Assembly (NCBI GenBank): GCA_963716945.1
Contig: OY970322.1
Span: 960,001 to 992,000, forward strand
Direction: 5' to 3'
Source: Candidatus Saccharimonadota bacterium
Lineage (GTDB): Bacteria > Patescibacteriota > Saccharimonadia > Saccharimonadales > UBA4665
DNA: 32,000 bases
Position numbers and translations under genes: made by a program. The notes under the pieces were generated by a model, which was given only the letters and a program-made list of their open reading frames with translations, was not told the origin of the DNA and made no database searches. Shown here piece after piece: positions 31,825-32,000 of the stretch. Each line of letters opens with the position of its first letter. Positions within the stretch are counted from its first letter, which is position 1.

Positions 31825-31871
31825 ATGTTGTACCGGACTATATTACCTGAAATGGCCGGCCGAAATCAACG

Positions 31872-31947
31872 TGGTGGCGCCTCCCAGACTCGAACTGGGG
31901 ACACAAGGCTCTTCAGGCCTCTGCTCTACCAACTGAGCTAAAGCGCC
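31872..31947 (-). tRNA. tRNA-Phe(GAA), CCA encoded
   Basis: Reverse complement GGCGCTTTAGCTCAGTTGGTAGAGCAGAGGCCTGAAGAGCCTTGTGTCCCCAGTTCGAGTCTGGGAGGCGCCACCA. Canonical cloverleaf, anticodon loop CTGAAGA. Confidence 0.9.
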
Positions 31948-32000
31948 ACGACTTGGCTATTTTACGCTAGATAACAGATGAGCACAAGGGTCTTGGGGTT

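Overview
This 32-kb window has three compositional blocks. My hand counts on single sample lines give roughly 60% GC for 1-12.8 kb, about 40% for 12.8-17.1 kb and about 65-70% for 17.1-31.8 kb. These are rough figures, not computed.

Block 1 looks like ordinary chromosomal backbone, almost all on the minus strand. It holds an alpha/beta hydrolase, a Pro/Ala-rich membrane protein, a tRNA-Cys/Leu/Ala cluster, an MFS-type transporter and an aldo-keto reductase. It also holds a LysM-like membrane protein, a divergent GT39-like(TPR)/GT2 glycosylation pair, several membrane proteins and a VOC/PhnB-like protein. The last gene is a SAM methyltransferase whose leader can form mutually exclusive terminator and antiterminator structures.

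Block 2 (low GC) holds an orphan HsdR_N-type PD-(D/E)xK protein, two unknown proteins, a RibD_C/DHFR-family protein, and a two-gene unit of a NAD(P)-binding protein followed by a heliorhodopsin.

Block 3 is best read as a ~14.5-kb integrated mobilisable element abutting tRNA-Gly(GCC). It carries a large serine recombinase, a replication-relaxation protein, a VirD4/TraD-like coupling ATPase and a coupled operon with an orphan Dam-type N6-adenine methyltransferase. It also carries several unknown cargo genes and a complete four-gene operon: KAP NTPase, Gly-rich unknown, QueC-like PP-loop ATPase, TatD hydrolase. That composition and order match the published QatABCD anti-phage system, so it is a known family, but it is the clearest immune locus here.

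Backbone genes often start 6-10 nt after a TATAAT box (leaderless style). Island genes use GGAGG-type ribosome-binding sites and 1-4 nt start/stop overlaps.

Two genes (the GT39-like gene and a small HTH gene upstream of Qat) have a well-placed ATG that is one base out of frame with the main ORF, next to a homopolymer. This could be biology or a homopolymer sequencing error. No CRISPR array, rRNA or transposase was seen. All functional calls rest on motifs I recognise by eye; no database search was run.
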